Shown: positions 13,418 through 25,300 of the stretch, piece after piece
Numbering within the stretch: the first letter of the stretch is position 1
Layout of the letters: each line of letters starts with the position of its first letter
Source of the DNA: Torpedo marmorata
Taxonomy: Eukaryota
Assembly (NCBI GenBank): GCA_977017645.1
Contig: OZ360247.1
Location: 32,736,001 to 32,800,000, forward strand
DNA length: 64,000 nt
Reading direction: 5' to 3'
The notes under the pieces: model-generated
Seen by the model: only the letters and a program-made list of their open reading frames with translations
Databases searched by the model: none
Told to the model about the DNA's origin: nothing
Position numbers and translations under genes: made by a program

Positions 13418-15879
13418 ACAAACATGGTGAGGAAGCCGCCTCTCACAAGCCCCCACACATGCAGGCGGACACCGAAGCCAATTGATGTTCCCGCCTGCTC
13501 TTTTTGATGCCAAATAGCATCGGCGTGAAACCCACCCACCCCCCCCCCAAAAAAAATCGTCGTTTTAATTTGCAGTAATCTAACCCAATGCAAGAAAAAA
13601 CAATAATTTAAGAAACAGGTTTTCTTTTCTTGCCCGGTCGTTCATGAACGACCAAAGTGCCAACCTCTCTCGTTTGACATTCCTCCACTATTCTGAAAAT
13701 CCAAAAACATGTTAACTAATTCATCCCATCTGCGGCTGGAAGAGTGTTGATGTAAGCGAGTTTAACGCATCCCAGATGTTGCGCTGTCTGCTCGCTATCT
13801 GTAACTTCATTCTGCAATTTAATGGAATAGATTCGATGGGTCATATTTGTTTCTTGTCAGTAAGAGATGCAAAAGCTGCAAATAAAAAGTCGACAGTTAT
13901 CTTTTTTTTTCTTTTCGAGAATGCACTGTTTTTGCGGGCGCATCACAATGAATTAAACTAACTTACGAAAGTTCGCTTTGCGATCATTAATTTTTTTAAT
14001 CCTCTTATTATTTCGAACCAAACTTCGACGAAAAAAAACTGAGTCGAGATCAAACCTTCCTGACGGCGGTTCGAAGGAATAAAATGCTGAGCCTGGCACT
14101 AATAATTCTTCCATGATTACGTAAGGGGGTGGGGGGCAGGATCAGAGAGCTCCGAGGTCGAGATCAGAGGCTTCAGGGAGTGGGTTATCTGCTGGACTGT
14201 TCGGACGGAGAGAGCACATGACTGGGAGTGAGGTGATTCGGGGCTTCGAATGTGGAGTCTGGCCATTTCTTTCTAATTGCTAAGTGCATTTGAATCAGGG
14301 GCATCGTCAAAGAGAATGGGCTTTAAATGATTTCAAGTTGCAAAGTAGAAATCAATGCTGAAGTCGAACCTAGAATAATTAACGTGACATTCGCGTTTCA
14401 AAACAATGCATTCGAAACTTGTCTAGTCTTCCTGTCCCACAGATCTCAGCGTATCTGTTTCCATTTTTGGGTCTTGTGGTAGATCGACGCCCACAATCTT
14501 TTCAAGTGTCCATCTCTCCAAAAACTGAGCTTTATCTCCTCGATATCTGAATTGAGGCGTATTCCATCCATTGAATGGCTTGGGCGACTTGTTTCAGATG
14601 CAGGATCATGTGTGGACTCGGTTAAATGACCAAACTGCCAACTCAAGAGCGCCGAAGCCAACATCTTAAGAAACCATACTGCACTTTGATAGCCTGCTGG
14701 CGCTTTGTAATATTGTTGGGCGAGCACTCAACCACCAGTTCGTCACCTGGGCGAAAAATTAAGGCAGTCTATGAGAAGTGTTTTTTGATATTATGTACCG
14801 AGTCTAATCAAACATTTGTTCCACACTCATTCACCGGAGTTTCCCCCGTTGGCCACGTCAGTTGGGGAAGTTACACAAATATTATGCATAAGCATAATTG
14901 AAATTATTATTGGGATCTACTGTTATGCTGGTAAACTTTCCCTTCTAGTCGTTGCCTACACCAGGGAGAGAATTCTGGTTGCAGGAACCTTTTCTCAGAA
15001 ATTATTGTAAAGAATTCCTTCCCCACCCAGCCCCTCCCCCGCCTCACAGATTACCTTCGTGGAGTTTTGAGTGCTGACCATTAGGGAATTATTCTAGCAG
15101 GTGTACTAACGATCACGTTGCTGCAATTCATAAGTTCAATGCAACCTCACCAGGTTCAGGTTTGATGATACTGTATCCGATTTGCCACGGTAGTATATTA
15201 AAATGAAACGATTATGGATTGGAGTATTCTTCTTTCTCCTACCCCGATGCATTGCTTGACTTTCGGGTTTCCGTCCTAAATGTGTTCAAAGGAATGGAGA
15301 GGGAACGATTATCTGCGCTTCGATAATTGCACCTCACACCAACTACGTGCGACCCATTGCTACCAACTTCGCTGCTCTTAAATATTCACACCTTGCAAAT
15401 GAATACACGATAGACGGACATAAAATCCATACAATGACCACAAAAAGAACAGTGATTTATTTTGGAGAATTTCAGCAGGACACGTTTGAACTGCTTGTTT
15501 ATGTCAACGAATTATCTATTTTATTTCGCTTCTTGAGGGATTTTTCGATCAGTTTTCTCAGTGAAAATGTTTCATGCTTGTTAAGTTTTGTTAAAAAAAA
15601 ATCTGATGAGTTGGCCCATCAATAAAATGATTACGTGTGTGCTGGGTTGGTTAAATCGAAGCCATTCCCACACTTGAAAGTTTTCCAGCCTCTCCTTCCC
15701 CCCTCTGTGACCCAGTCAAGTTTCGACGTGTCTCACTGCTCCTCGGTACCCCCATTGAAATGAAGAAAAAAAACGCCTTTGCTTCAATAAGAATAGGTTT
15801 CAACTTTATATATATATATATAATTATGGTCCATCAAATTGAATTCGTGGGGAGGGTGTGGGTGTGGGGAGAGCATGTG

Positions 15880-16130
15880 CTGGTCCAATAGCCACATGGC
15901 GGTCGAGCGCGGCCATCCAGAATTCCCTCTTAACCCCCTGATTGGAGGAAGACTTGCATGTAAATTTTAGTGGATGGGATCGAACCCCTGGACCCTCCCG
16001 CAGGCGGGGACTCCGCTTGTTTGCAGCCGGTAACATAGACCAGCCTGTCTGCAGGTGGGCGGCACCCGTTGACACCTCCGAAGCTAAGGCACAGATAAAA
16101 GGAGCGTCGATCTGCGAACGGAACAGTAGG
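15880..16130 (+). promoter_or_regulatory. COL1A1 proximal promoter (CCAAT, inverted CCAAT, GATAAAA TATA-like box)
   Basis: ccaat 15885-15889, ctgattgg ending 15945, acagataaaagg with gataaaa at 16094-16100, then ggaagtttctgctgggg resembling the mammalian transcription-start region; CpG-rich. Confidence 0.75.
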
Positions 16131-16183
16131 AAGTTTCTGCTGGGGCTCGGTGCTGAAGCTTGGAATTATACATCAAAAATTGT

Positions 16184-16198
16184 ATGTCCGGCCGCTAA
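16184..16198 (+). promoter_or_regulatory. uORF1 (MSGR*) in the 5' UTR
   Basis: atg tcc ggc cgc taa. Confidence 0.8.
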
Positions 16199-16215
16199 AG
16201 ACAGAACCCTTTTTT

Positions 16216-16263
16216 CCCCAAAGAGTCTACATGTCTGGTTATTAGACATGTTCAGCTTTGTGG
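16216..16263 (+). promoter_or_regulatory. Collagen 5' stem-loop (LARP6-binding element) spanning uORF2 and the start codon
   Basis: ccccaaagagtctacATGtctggttattagacATGttcagctttgtgg: caaag/ctttg and acatgtct/agacatgt stems with the characteristic internal bulge. Confidence 0.93.
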
Positions 16264-16329
16264 ATACTCGGACCTTGCTGTTGCTTGCAGCAACGTTAGT
16301 AGTGGGAAGATGTCAAGCCGAAGATTATG
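16248..16329 (+). CDS. COL1A1: COL1A1 exon 1 coding part (signal peptide)
   Basis: [27 protein letters not shown], donor g|gtgagt, phase 1. Confidence 0.96.
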
Positions 16330-19300
16330 GTGAGTGTTGCTTTCTCCTTTCATTGTGTCTGCTTCTTGTTTGTTTGTTTTTTAAATGCGGCGTATCAAGA
16401 ATATGTGCTGAGAACTCACTGAGAGTTTGAGATATTGGAGAAAGTTGCGTGGCGTTGATTTTGATTGTAACTTATAGAGTGAGGTTGACCTGGATCTGTA
16501 GCGAAGTTTAAATACTCTCTGATGTCAGTTTCAGATGGTAAAGCCGTGTTAGTTACCGACAATCGTTTCCAAGAGCAATCATAATCATGTTTGGGAATTG
16601 TTTACTTTCACGCATTTCCGATATGGGGCTCGTTTTGTGGTCCCCAGGGAATAGGCTGTATCAAGAAAAGTTTCGTCAAAAGGTGATGATGGGTGTTTCA
16701 AACTGCCGCCGACACACTGGTGGTTGGGCGTTTGCCGTCCATCCGCGCTTAAAGCGGACGGATGATTGAGGGGCGTTGGAGGCAATTGGCCGAGACGGTT
16801 GCCCGTTCAGAGTGGGTGTGTCGCCGAAGAGCGTGGAGGGCAAATCCTTTGTGGCAAAGCTGGCACGTTGGTCTCTCCTAACATAAAGAAAATAGCAACT
16901 TCGGGACAAGGAAGCAGATCAAAACGCGATTGAGAAGGTTTACATGCATGGCTCGAAGGCGAAGAAAAACAGATCCAAAGGCAGAAAATCCAGATCCGAT
17001 CATTAAACTGTAAATAAATGTTAAATCTCTGTCCGGAATAACTTGTTTAATCATTGCGATGTCTAAAGTCCACATTAAACATTCAAGACAAGAAATTAAG
17101 CGTGCAAAGGGAAATATTACAATCTCCGGTCCAGAAGTAATCCAGATGTTCGCGTGCAATGTCCAGCCAGAGTTGCTCAGCTGATCATTGGTACGGCATT
17201 GCAGTTCAACACCGCCACCTGCAGTCAACGTGTGAACTTGTGCTCATTTTAAATACCCAAGACTCCACCATTACCCCCACCCCAACCCTCGCCCATAAAA
17301 CCTATCTCCAATTATTCAGGAAGCATGCATTAATTTGAGATGAAAATATTTTAATTTAAATTACATTTAATTGATTGGGAAGATTCAGTACTGGCCATGT
17401 TGAGCCATTTCTTGCCGGCAGGAATGCAAATGTATGTATGGTAAAACATGAATGGAATTAAAGCGCCATCTGTTTAATCCCCCATCGTTTTAACTTGGAT
17501 TTTTATCGAAGTATATTAGGTAGCGTACGTCAGTGACATTAAAGATATACCTAAACCCACAAGATATCAGGAACTTTGTTTTCACCGATATCTGAAAACA
17601 TGAAGCCTTGAGAAGCGTTGCTTGAAAAACTTGATGCGCAAATTACCTCTGAGACATTTGTTAAATAAAACCTTGTTGTTTTATGTTGTATCATTCATGG
17701 AATTTTGCATTAGTTCCTCTTTCCTTTGGATGAGGGGTATTTTATTTGGTTGTGCGCAAAGATGACTACAGTATACATTCCTTTATTAAATAGTTTGATT
17801 TTTATGATATGGATCATGCAGATGATGAGATCCAGGTTCCTGTTCTTACACTTGTATGCGTGAGGTGGCGCACAGTGCCGCATGAGTTAGATTCCCTGTT
17901 TATTTCGCAGCTGAAGAGGGCTGCGTGAAGGATGGACAAATGTACCAGGATAAGGATATCTGGAAACCCGAGCCTTGCCTGATCTGCGTTTGCGACGGTG
18001 GCCAGGTTTTGTGCGATGAAATAATCTGCGACGAAACGAGCAACTGCCCCAATGCCGAAATCCCCTTTGGAGAATGCTGCCCTATCTGTCCCGATCTTGG
18101 AGGTGAGTGTGACTCTTCGCTGTTGGTTGTGCGACCAGTGTCACACGTTCCGGTCCATTGCTTTAAGGCATTTAGTGCCAACTCCCTGACGAATCTTTAA
18201 GATCAACTCATACGATTACAAAACTTAAATATTGACATTATATGTGCAAAACCAATCATCACGGGCAATTGGTAATGGTGGGAATTAAAGCAACGAAGTT
18301 GGGATCTTTCGAAGTCGACAAATTTAGTGTATATTATGAGCTTTGTGTTAATAAGAACGACCATGCATTGGGGTTAGGGTTAGGATAGGGGTAACTTAGC
18401 ATACCAGCATTGCAAACTAGCACAATTAATTATTAGTATTTTTTAGAAACATGAAAACATTTAAAAGTGGTATTGAATATTTTCATATGAATTCAGAAAT
18501 GTAGTACAAAAGGAAAGCAAGCAACAAACTTAAATGTATATGTTTTTGAAAATAAATCAGAAGAACGCCCAGTTTCTTTTCCAATCACAATTAAGAAGCA
18601 ATATATGTTTAAATCAATTTAGGAATGTTGATATTTTAATTTGGATGTAGAAAATTACATCACTGGATTCAATGATGATGTCATAATAAAGTTAAACCAG
18701 GAAGAAATCTCAGAGCCAATCAAATTCCACCACTCCCTACAACCCACTCTATCTTCAATATTTTACTCCTATACAAATAATCTGTTAATAAAATTGTCAT
18801 GCTATCAATTATTCACAAAGAACTGTTTATTAATAAATTAAATTCTTCTTTCTTTCATTGCAGAACATGGAATGGCAGTAAGTGCATAACATTTCATTTT
18901 CTAGGTTATATACAAATAGTTTACTTAAATTCACTTTCACTATATTTCTGCACACTAATTTCCTCATTATTATTTTTCAGTATCCTAGCGGCCCAAGGGT
19001 TCAGGTAAAAATACACTTTCTTGTGCACAATTCAAAATGATAGATCGATAAGAAATGAATGTCATTTCTTAACAAAATTTATTAAATTATTTGCAATTTT
19101 AATGATGGTGGATTTTTTCCTAGGGACCCCAAGGCCCCAAGGGAGAACCTGGTCCTAAAGGTGATAGGGTAAGATGGCTATTATTAATATTGGTTCAATT
19201 AGACTCTTTTTGCTGCATTAGGATGATACAATACAAAGGGGGAAGATACTAGTGGAGGAAGTTAAGGAAAAGAAAGCAGAATTTTAAAATAAGAACTAAG

Positions 19301-22300
19301 GCATATTGGATGTTATTGGGAAACGTGCTTACACAAAGATTAGTGGCGTTTGGTAAAATGCAGCTGAAGTTAGGAGAGTAAAACAAATAAAGCTGCATAT
19401 GATACGAGGGACACACAAGAAATGTGGTTAAGCGCAAGGGACTTTCGTTCGAATCTGGTGCTTTCTGCAGGGAGTTTTGTACATCCTCCCCGTGTCTGAG
19501 TGGGTTTCCTCTTCCTCCCACCATTTAAAACGTACGGGGATTGTAGGTTAATTTCGTGCATTTGGGGGAGAGGCATGAGCTAAGTGGGCCAGAAGGGCAT
19601 GTTGCCATGCTGTATGTCTATTTTTTTTTAATGTGAATTTAAATTATGTAGGTAGATAGATTTAAATTACCAATCAGGAATGATAATTTCAGGTAGATAA
19701 CACTACAAATATGGCCACCTGACAGACTGGAACTTTGTTGATAATGGACAATTATCATAGGTGGGAACTCTATGCACTGTATTCCAAACATCCACGGTCA
19801 AGATATAGTAGATTTAGTATCTTACTGTTTCAGTAAAATTAATGAAGATACATTGAAAAAGATGGAATGGATTTAAAAACTGGAAACACACAGAAAAGGA
19901 AATGAGCAGGAAGTGACAAAGTGCTGTTCAACCAGTAAATGCAGCAAAGATGAATTAAGGCACACTACATTTTGATCTTTAACAACAATCATATTATTTA
20001 CCATTGTAATTTTAGGGACTTCCAGGATTACCAGGAAGAGATGGAATTCCAGGAATGCCCGGCAATGATGGCCCACCTGGTCCACCTGGCCCACCTGGAA
20101 CATCTGGCCTTGGCGGAGTAAGTGGCTCTCATTTTGGTTATTTTTTTCTCTTAAACAATGAACAATACTTAATTATTCTCAACACATTTTACAGGTGCCA
20201 GGCAGCTAAATTAGCTTTGCTCTCTTTCAGAACTTCCTCCCTCAAATGAGCTATGATGGTGGCTTCAGTGAGAAAACATCTGGTGGTATTCCAATGCCTG
20301 GCCCAATGGTATGAACCTATGTTTTTTATTCTATCCAATGTATTTAACCTAAATGCAATATTCCACCTATGATGTAAATGAGGGGGATATTTTCCTTTGT
20401 TTTCTGGTACGAAATGTGTGTATACCTGCTGACCACCAGTATTATTCCTGCATTCACTTGTATTTACTTCAATAGATCTGAATGGCCAGAATTAGTCACT
20501 TGTGCATTTAGTGTCAGAGATCAGACACATCAATGTTTAACATGGTTTTGACTTTTCCAGATTTCAGATCAGATTTCAGATTTATTGTCAGAGTACATAC
20601 ATGACATCACATACAACCCTCAGATTCCTTTTTCCTGCGGGCGCGGCAGAATTACCACTAATTGGTAGTGCAAAAAGTAAACTGTACTCAGCGTAAACAT
20701 GTAAACAATCAAAAGAACTGTTAACAGGTAACGAATGTAAACAACTGACTGTGCAATACAGAGAGAGCAAAGAAAAATCAATAAAGTGCACAAGTAAGAG
20801 TCCTTAAATGAGTCTCTGATTGACTTTGACGTTGAGGATTCTGATGGTAGGGGGGTAGCAGCTGTTCCTGAACCTGGTGGTGCAAGTCTTGTGGCACCTA
20901 TACCTCTTTCCTGATGGCAGTAATATTCCGAAGTAATATAATAAATAGCTGAGATTAACGATATATAGATAATTTTTGAAATGGAAGAAATAAAATCTAA
21001 AATAATATATTATTCTTTTATGACAATAAAATGGGGCCAATAGCAAGATATGTTGATACTCAAATGCTTTGATTCTTGATCAGTGTAAGGGGGATTATTG
21101 CGGTGGATAGTTCTTTGGTTTGATCAATGTGATTTTCTTTGCAATAGAATGTAAAGAAAGGGATTGTCTAACACGGTGTATCTTTTGTTGCTGTAGGGTC
21201 CAATGGGTCCCCGAGGAGCCTCTGGCCCACCTGGTGCCCCCGTAAGTATATAAAATCTTTAGAAAATTGTTTGCTATGAAACTGCCAAGATGCCTTTAAC
21301 ACTTAGTGAAGTGGATCTTTATCCAAAGTGTAAAATATTAAAAAATGTTGTTCTCTGCATACATAATTGAGAGTGTCCTGATTGGCTGCTTCATTGTGGT
21401 ACGGTAGCTGCAAAGCATCAGACCGCAAGTCAATACAGAGGATTATCAAAATGGCCGAGAAGATCACTGGGGTCTTCCTTTACTCTATTGATAACATTTG
21501 TCGGGAGTGTTGCTTAAATAGGGCTCAAAGAATTATAGAAGACCCTTTCCATCCAGCAGACAGTATCTTTGACCCACTACCATCAAGGAGGTGGTACAGG
21601 AGCATCAAAATCAGAACTGTCAGTCTGGGAAATAGCTTCTTCCTGCAGGCTGTGAGATTGATGAACTGTATCCTGTAACTGAGTAAATCATCCTGATATA
21701 TTTATATTTTAAAGGATATCTTTATGTACATATGGGATTATTATGTACTGTTTATTGTGTATCTGGGTGGTGCACTGTGGTCCAGAGAAACACAGTTTTG
21801 TCAGGTTGTATACATAGAATCATGTGATAATAAACTTGAACTTAAAAATAACGTACCATCAATCCTTGGTGGTGGCATTAGGTATTTTGTACAGTGGCAA
21901 ATCTGCACTATAGTCTTCTGAAATTCTGTTCCACAGATTTCGATGGAACTGAATTTTGGAAATGGAGTGCTAAACTCAGCCATTACTAGGTTTAGCAAAA
22001 CCAGCCAAGAAAATCTTTCAGGCCATAGAGTCAAACAACGTGGAAACAGGCCCTTCGGCCCAATTTGCCCATGCTGACCAAGTGCAGAACTTTATAGAAA
22101 ATAACACCGAGTTTTGCATGAAAGTGGTGATAATTAATAATGGATTTCTTCTATGTTTACTTTTTAGGGCCCTCAAGGTTTCCAAGGACACCAAGGGGAG
22201 CCTGGTGAACCAGGTGCACCTGTAAGTACTCGTCAAAATAGTTCTCCTTCTAAACTTAATTTCCATTCACATTTAAGCTACAATTGTTCAGAAACATGAT

Positions 22301-25300
22301 TATGATTTTATCTTGTGCTTCATCATGATCGATTCTACCTAAACAAGTGCATGCATTCAGACACCATGACCTGACTCGACTTGACTTGACCGGCTTGATT
22401 ATAGACCTTTAGCCTCCACAGATGCCGCTTGACCCATGACTTCTTCCAATATTCTCTTTTTGTTCTTGGTTTGTCTGCATTACCTATTAAATGTATTGTT
22501 ACTTTCTCTAGCTAACTACAACACACAATCTTTATTTATCTGGTGTTTTCAATATTCTTAATTAGATATATTTTAACCTTTTTAGGGTCCAATGGGTCCA
22601 CGTGGTCCTCCTGGCCCTGCTGGAAAGAATGGTGATGATGTAAGTAGCCCAAGATGTCTGCAAAAAGTATATTTGCACACAATCTGTTCTTTCTCTCTTA
22701 GACATTTCATATAACTAAGCAATAAAAGCAAATATATTTTCAAACATTAAATCAAATCTAAAATTGTTTTTTGAAGTAATTCATTATCATTGATACTAAA
22801 AGATTTAACTCTAATCACATACTAGATAACACTAAAAGGTTTAGTTCAGTTATCTCAATCAGATGTTTGCCTTTATTTCATTTAGAATCTAGAGCTTTAA
22901 TATCTACTGCCCATTAATAATGGCTGGGCTGGTTTCTTTCCCTCTCTAGGGTGACCATGGCAAAGCTGGTCGTCCCGGTGACCGTGGGCCTCCTGGTCCT
23001 CAGGTAACAGATTTTCTGTTGATATTCATCGAACATAATGCCACTTCCACGTGACATGTAGTGCAAGTCCACTTACTGTTACATGTCTGATTTTAAACAA
23101 GTTATGCATGATTTGCAATCTTTTGTTACTTGAAAACGTTTATATTCAAAAATATTTTTTGTGCATCAAAATGCATTCTCTATTTTCTTTTATACAATGC
23201 CTTCCCTGATTTTTACCAATGATTTGTTGTCTTTAGGGTGCTCGAGGTTTCCCCGGAACTCCTGGATTGCCAGGAATGAAAGGACACCGAGTAAGTCCAT
23301 CTGTTACAGCTTGATCATTTTTGGTATTTAACAAACAATATAGGGAACTACTTACTTTTGATTTCCCATTTGTTAAATACATTTATACCACAATTTGAAT
23401 TCAGAATTGATAACTTCATTTGTAAGATGTGAAGAGCCCTGATTCTTATCGCTTTACCCTCTGTCTACAGGGTTACAATGGTCTGGATGGCGCAAAGGGT
23501 GACAGTGGCCCAGCTGGTCCTAAGGTAACGTTTCCTCTTGATGGATGAATGAGTGATCCTCTCAGTAATCCTTTTGCTTCATAATTTTAAACATGTTATT
23601 TACTATTACATTGTAATGATCTACTCCACTAACTGATTTTCAACCCATTTTATAACAGGGTGAAACTGGTTCTCCTGGTGAAAATGGAAGTCCAGGGGCA
23701 ATGGTAAGCAAGTTGTCTACTTTCAAGGCTACATATAACTTGCGGTGACATTAAAATATGAGTGTAATTTTAAATTAATTTGTATTGAACACCATCTACC
23801 AGGGTGTTCTAATACTGTGCTGCAAGAGATAAGATTCCTTGTGGCCAAAATTGTACAGTGTGACATTAATGTTAAAGCAAAGAGAGATTGTAGACTACAT
23901 TCTTCCGATTAAGTAATCTGCATTTGACCATAAGAGGAGAGAATGTCACTTGGCATTGACACCTATGTCCGATATCTCCCTGGGATTCTTTATTAGATGA
24001 CGAAAACCAGCCATTTTGGATAAGGTTTTGTGGACCACCTAAAGATAAATGAATCTGATGGAAATTCATGGCAGTGCATTTTAAGCAAAGTTTACCATCT
24101 CCATTGCAATCTATTTTGTATCAAATCATTAACAAAACTGGTGTTGCATTTATAATATGTATTAAATGGAATAGAAATAACTTCCTGTTTTACCATGAAC
24201 AGGGTCCACGTGGTATGAATGGAGAGCGTGGTCGACCTGGTCCCCCTGGTCCCGCTGTAAGTGCACAATATACTATAAATTAATCACAACCTGGATGATT
24301 TGTCATAATACTTTAGCTCATTTACATTTTTTATGTACATGTAATCTGAACAGATTGGAATAAATATGACGAGTCTCCTTTAATTCTTCTAGGGTGCCCG
24401 TGGTAATGACGGTGCAGCCGGTGCTGCTGGACCACCTGTAAGTACTTCTCATCAAGTTGACTGCTATTCGTACACTCTCTGTAACTTGTTACCAGAATGG
24501 AACATAATCTAAAAACTTGTCTTTCAGGGCTCTGTTGGTCCAGCTGGTGCCCCTGGATTCCCTGGTGCTCCTGGTGCTAAGGTAGGTTTGCATGCCACAA
24601 CTTAGGAAATATAACACCACTTTTAAATTCCTAACATAAATTCTGCCATTCAAAATTTCATTTTAGGAAGTGCGGTTCACAAACTGGGGGAAATTAAAAA
24701 CATTACAGCACAGTACAGGTCCTTCGGCCCTCGATAATTAAGAAAAGGGCACTATACATTTCGCAGAAAGATCAGGATGAGGCCATTTTAGCTTGCCTTT
24801 GAGGCTTTGCAAATCATCTTCCCTTGGCAGTATTGGTATAAAACTAATCCTGGTTGCTTTTGTGTTTCACGGCACTGTGAGAATATCAATTTTCACGTTG
24901 AAGGAGAATGGCAAATGCCAATTGTTTACTGGGAGTTTTAACAGACTTGAATTTCATGGCTCTCCAGCTGATTTTACATTGTAGGAATTCTATTGACTCC
25001 AAGAATTTCTCTGTCTATTGCACCCTTAGTGCATTGAAGACTAGTGGGAGAAATTCATCTTTGGTTCCATGCACACATGGTATGTTGGACTAGATACCAA
25101 ACTTCAGTTTGTTTGACTTCAGTGATACATTTGGTAGATCCATCAGAGAAGACATTCTAGATGTCACGAACTAGCAGCATGGAACAATGAAAACAAATGT
25201 TAACTACTCTATTGTTGGAATAAAGGAGCAACGTTCTTCATATGCTTACAGGAAGCTAGTTTTAGGAATTTGTTCTCTGAATAAAATCAGTGTGCTGAGG

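Noticed and set aside
15942-16430. 162-aa ORF extending COL1A1 upstream
   Set aside because: Starts at a non-ATG codon upstream of the TATA-like box and runs into intron 1; the true start is ATG 16248
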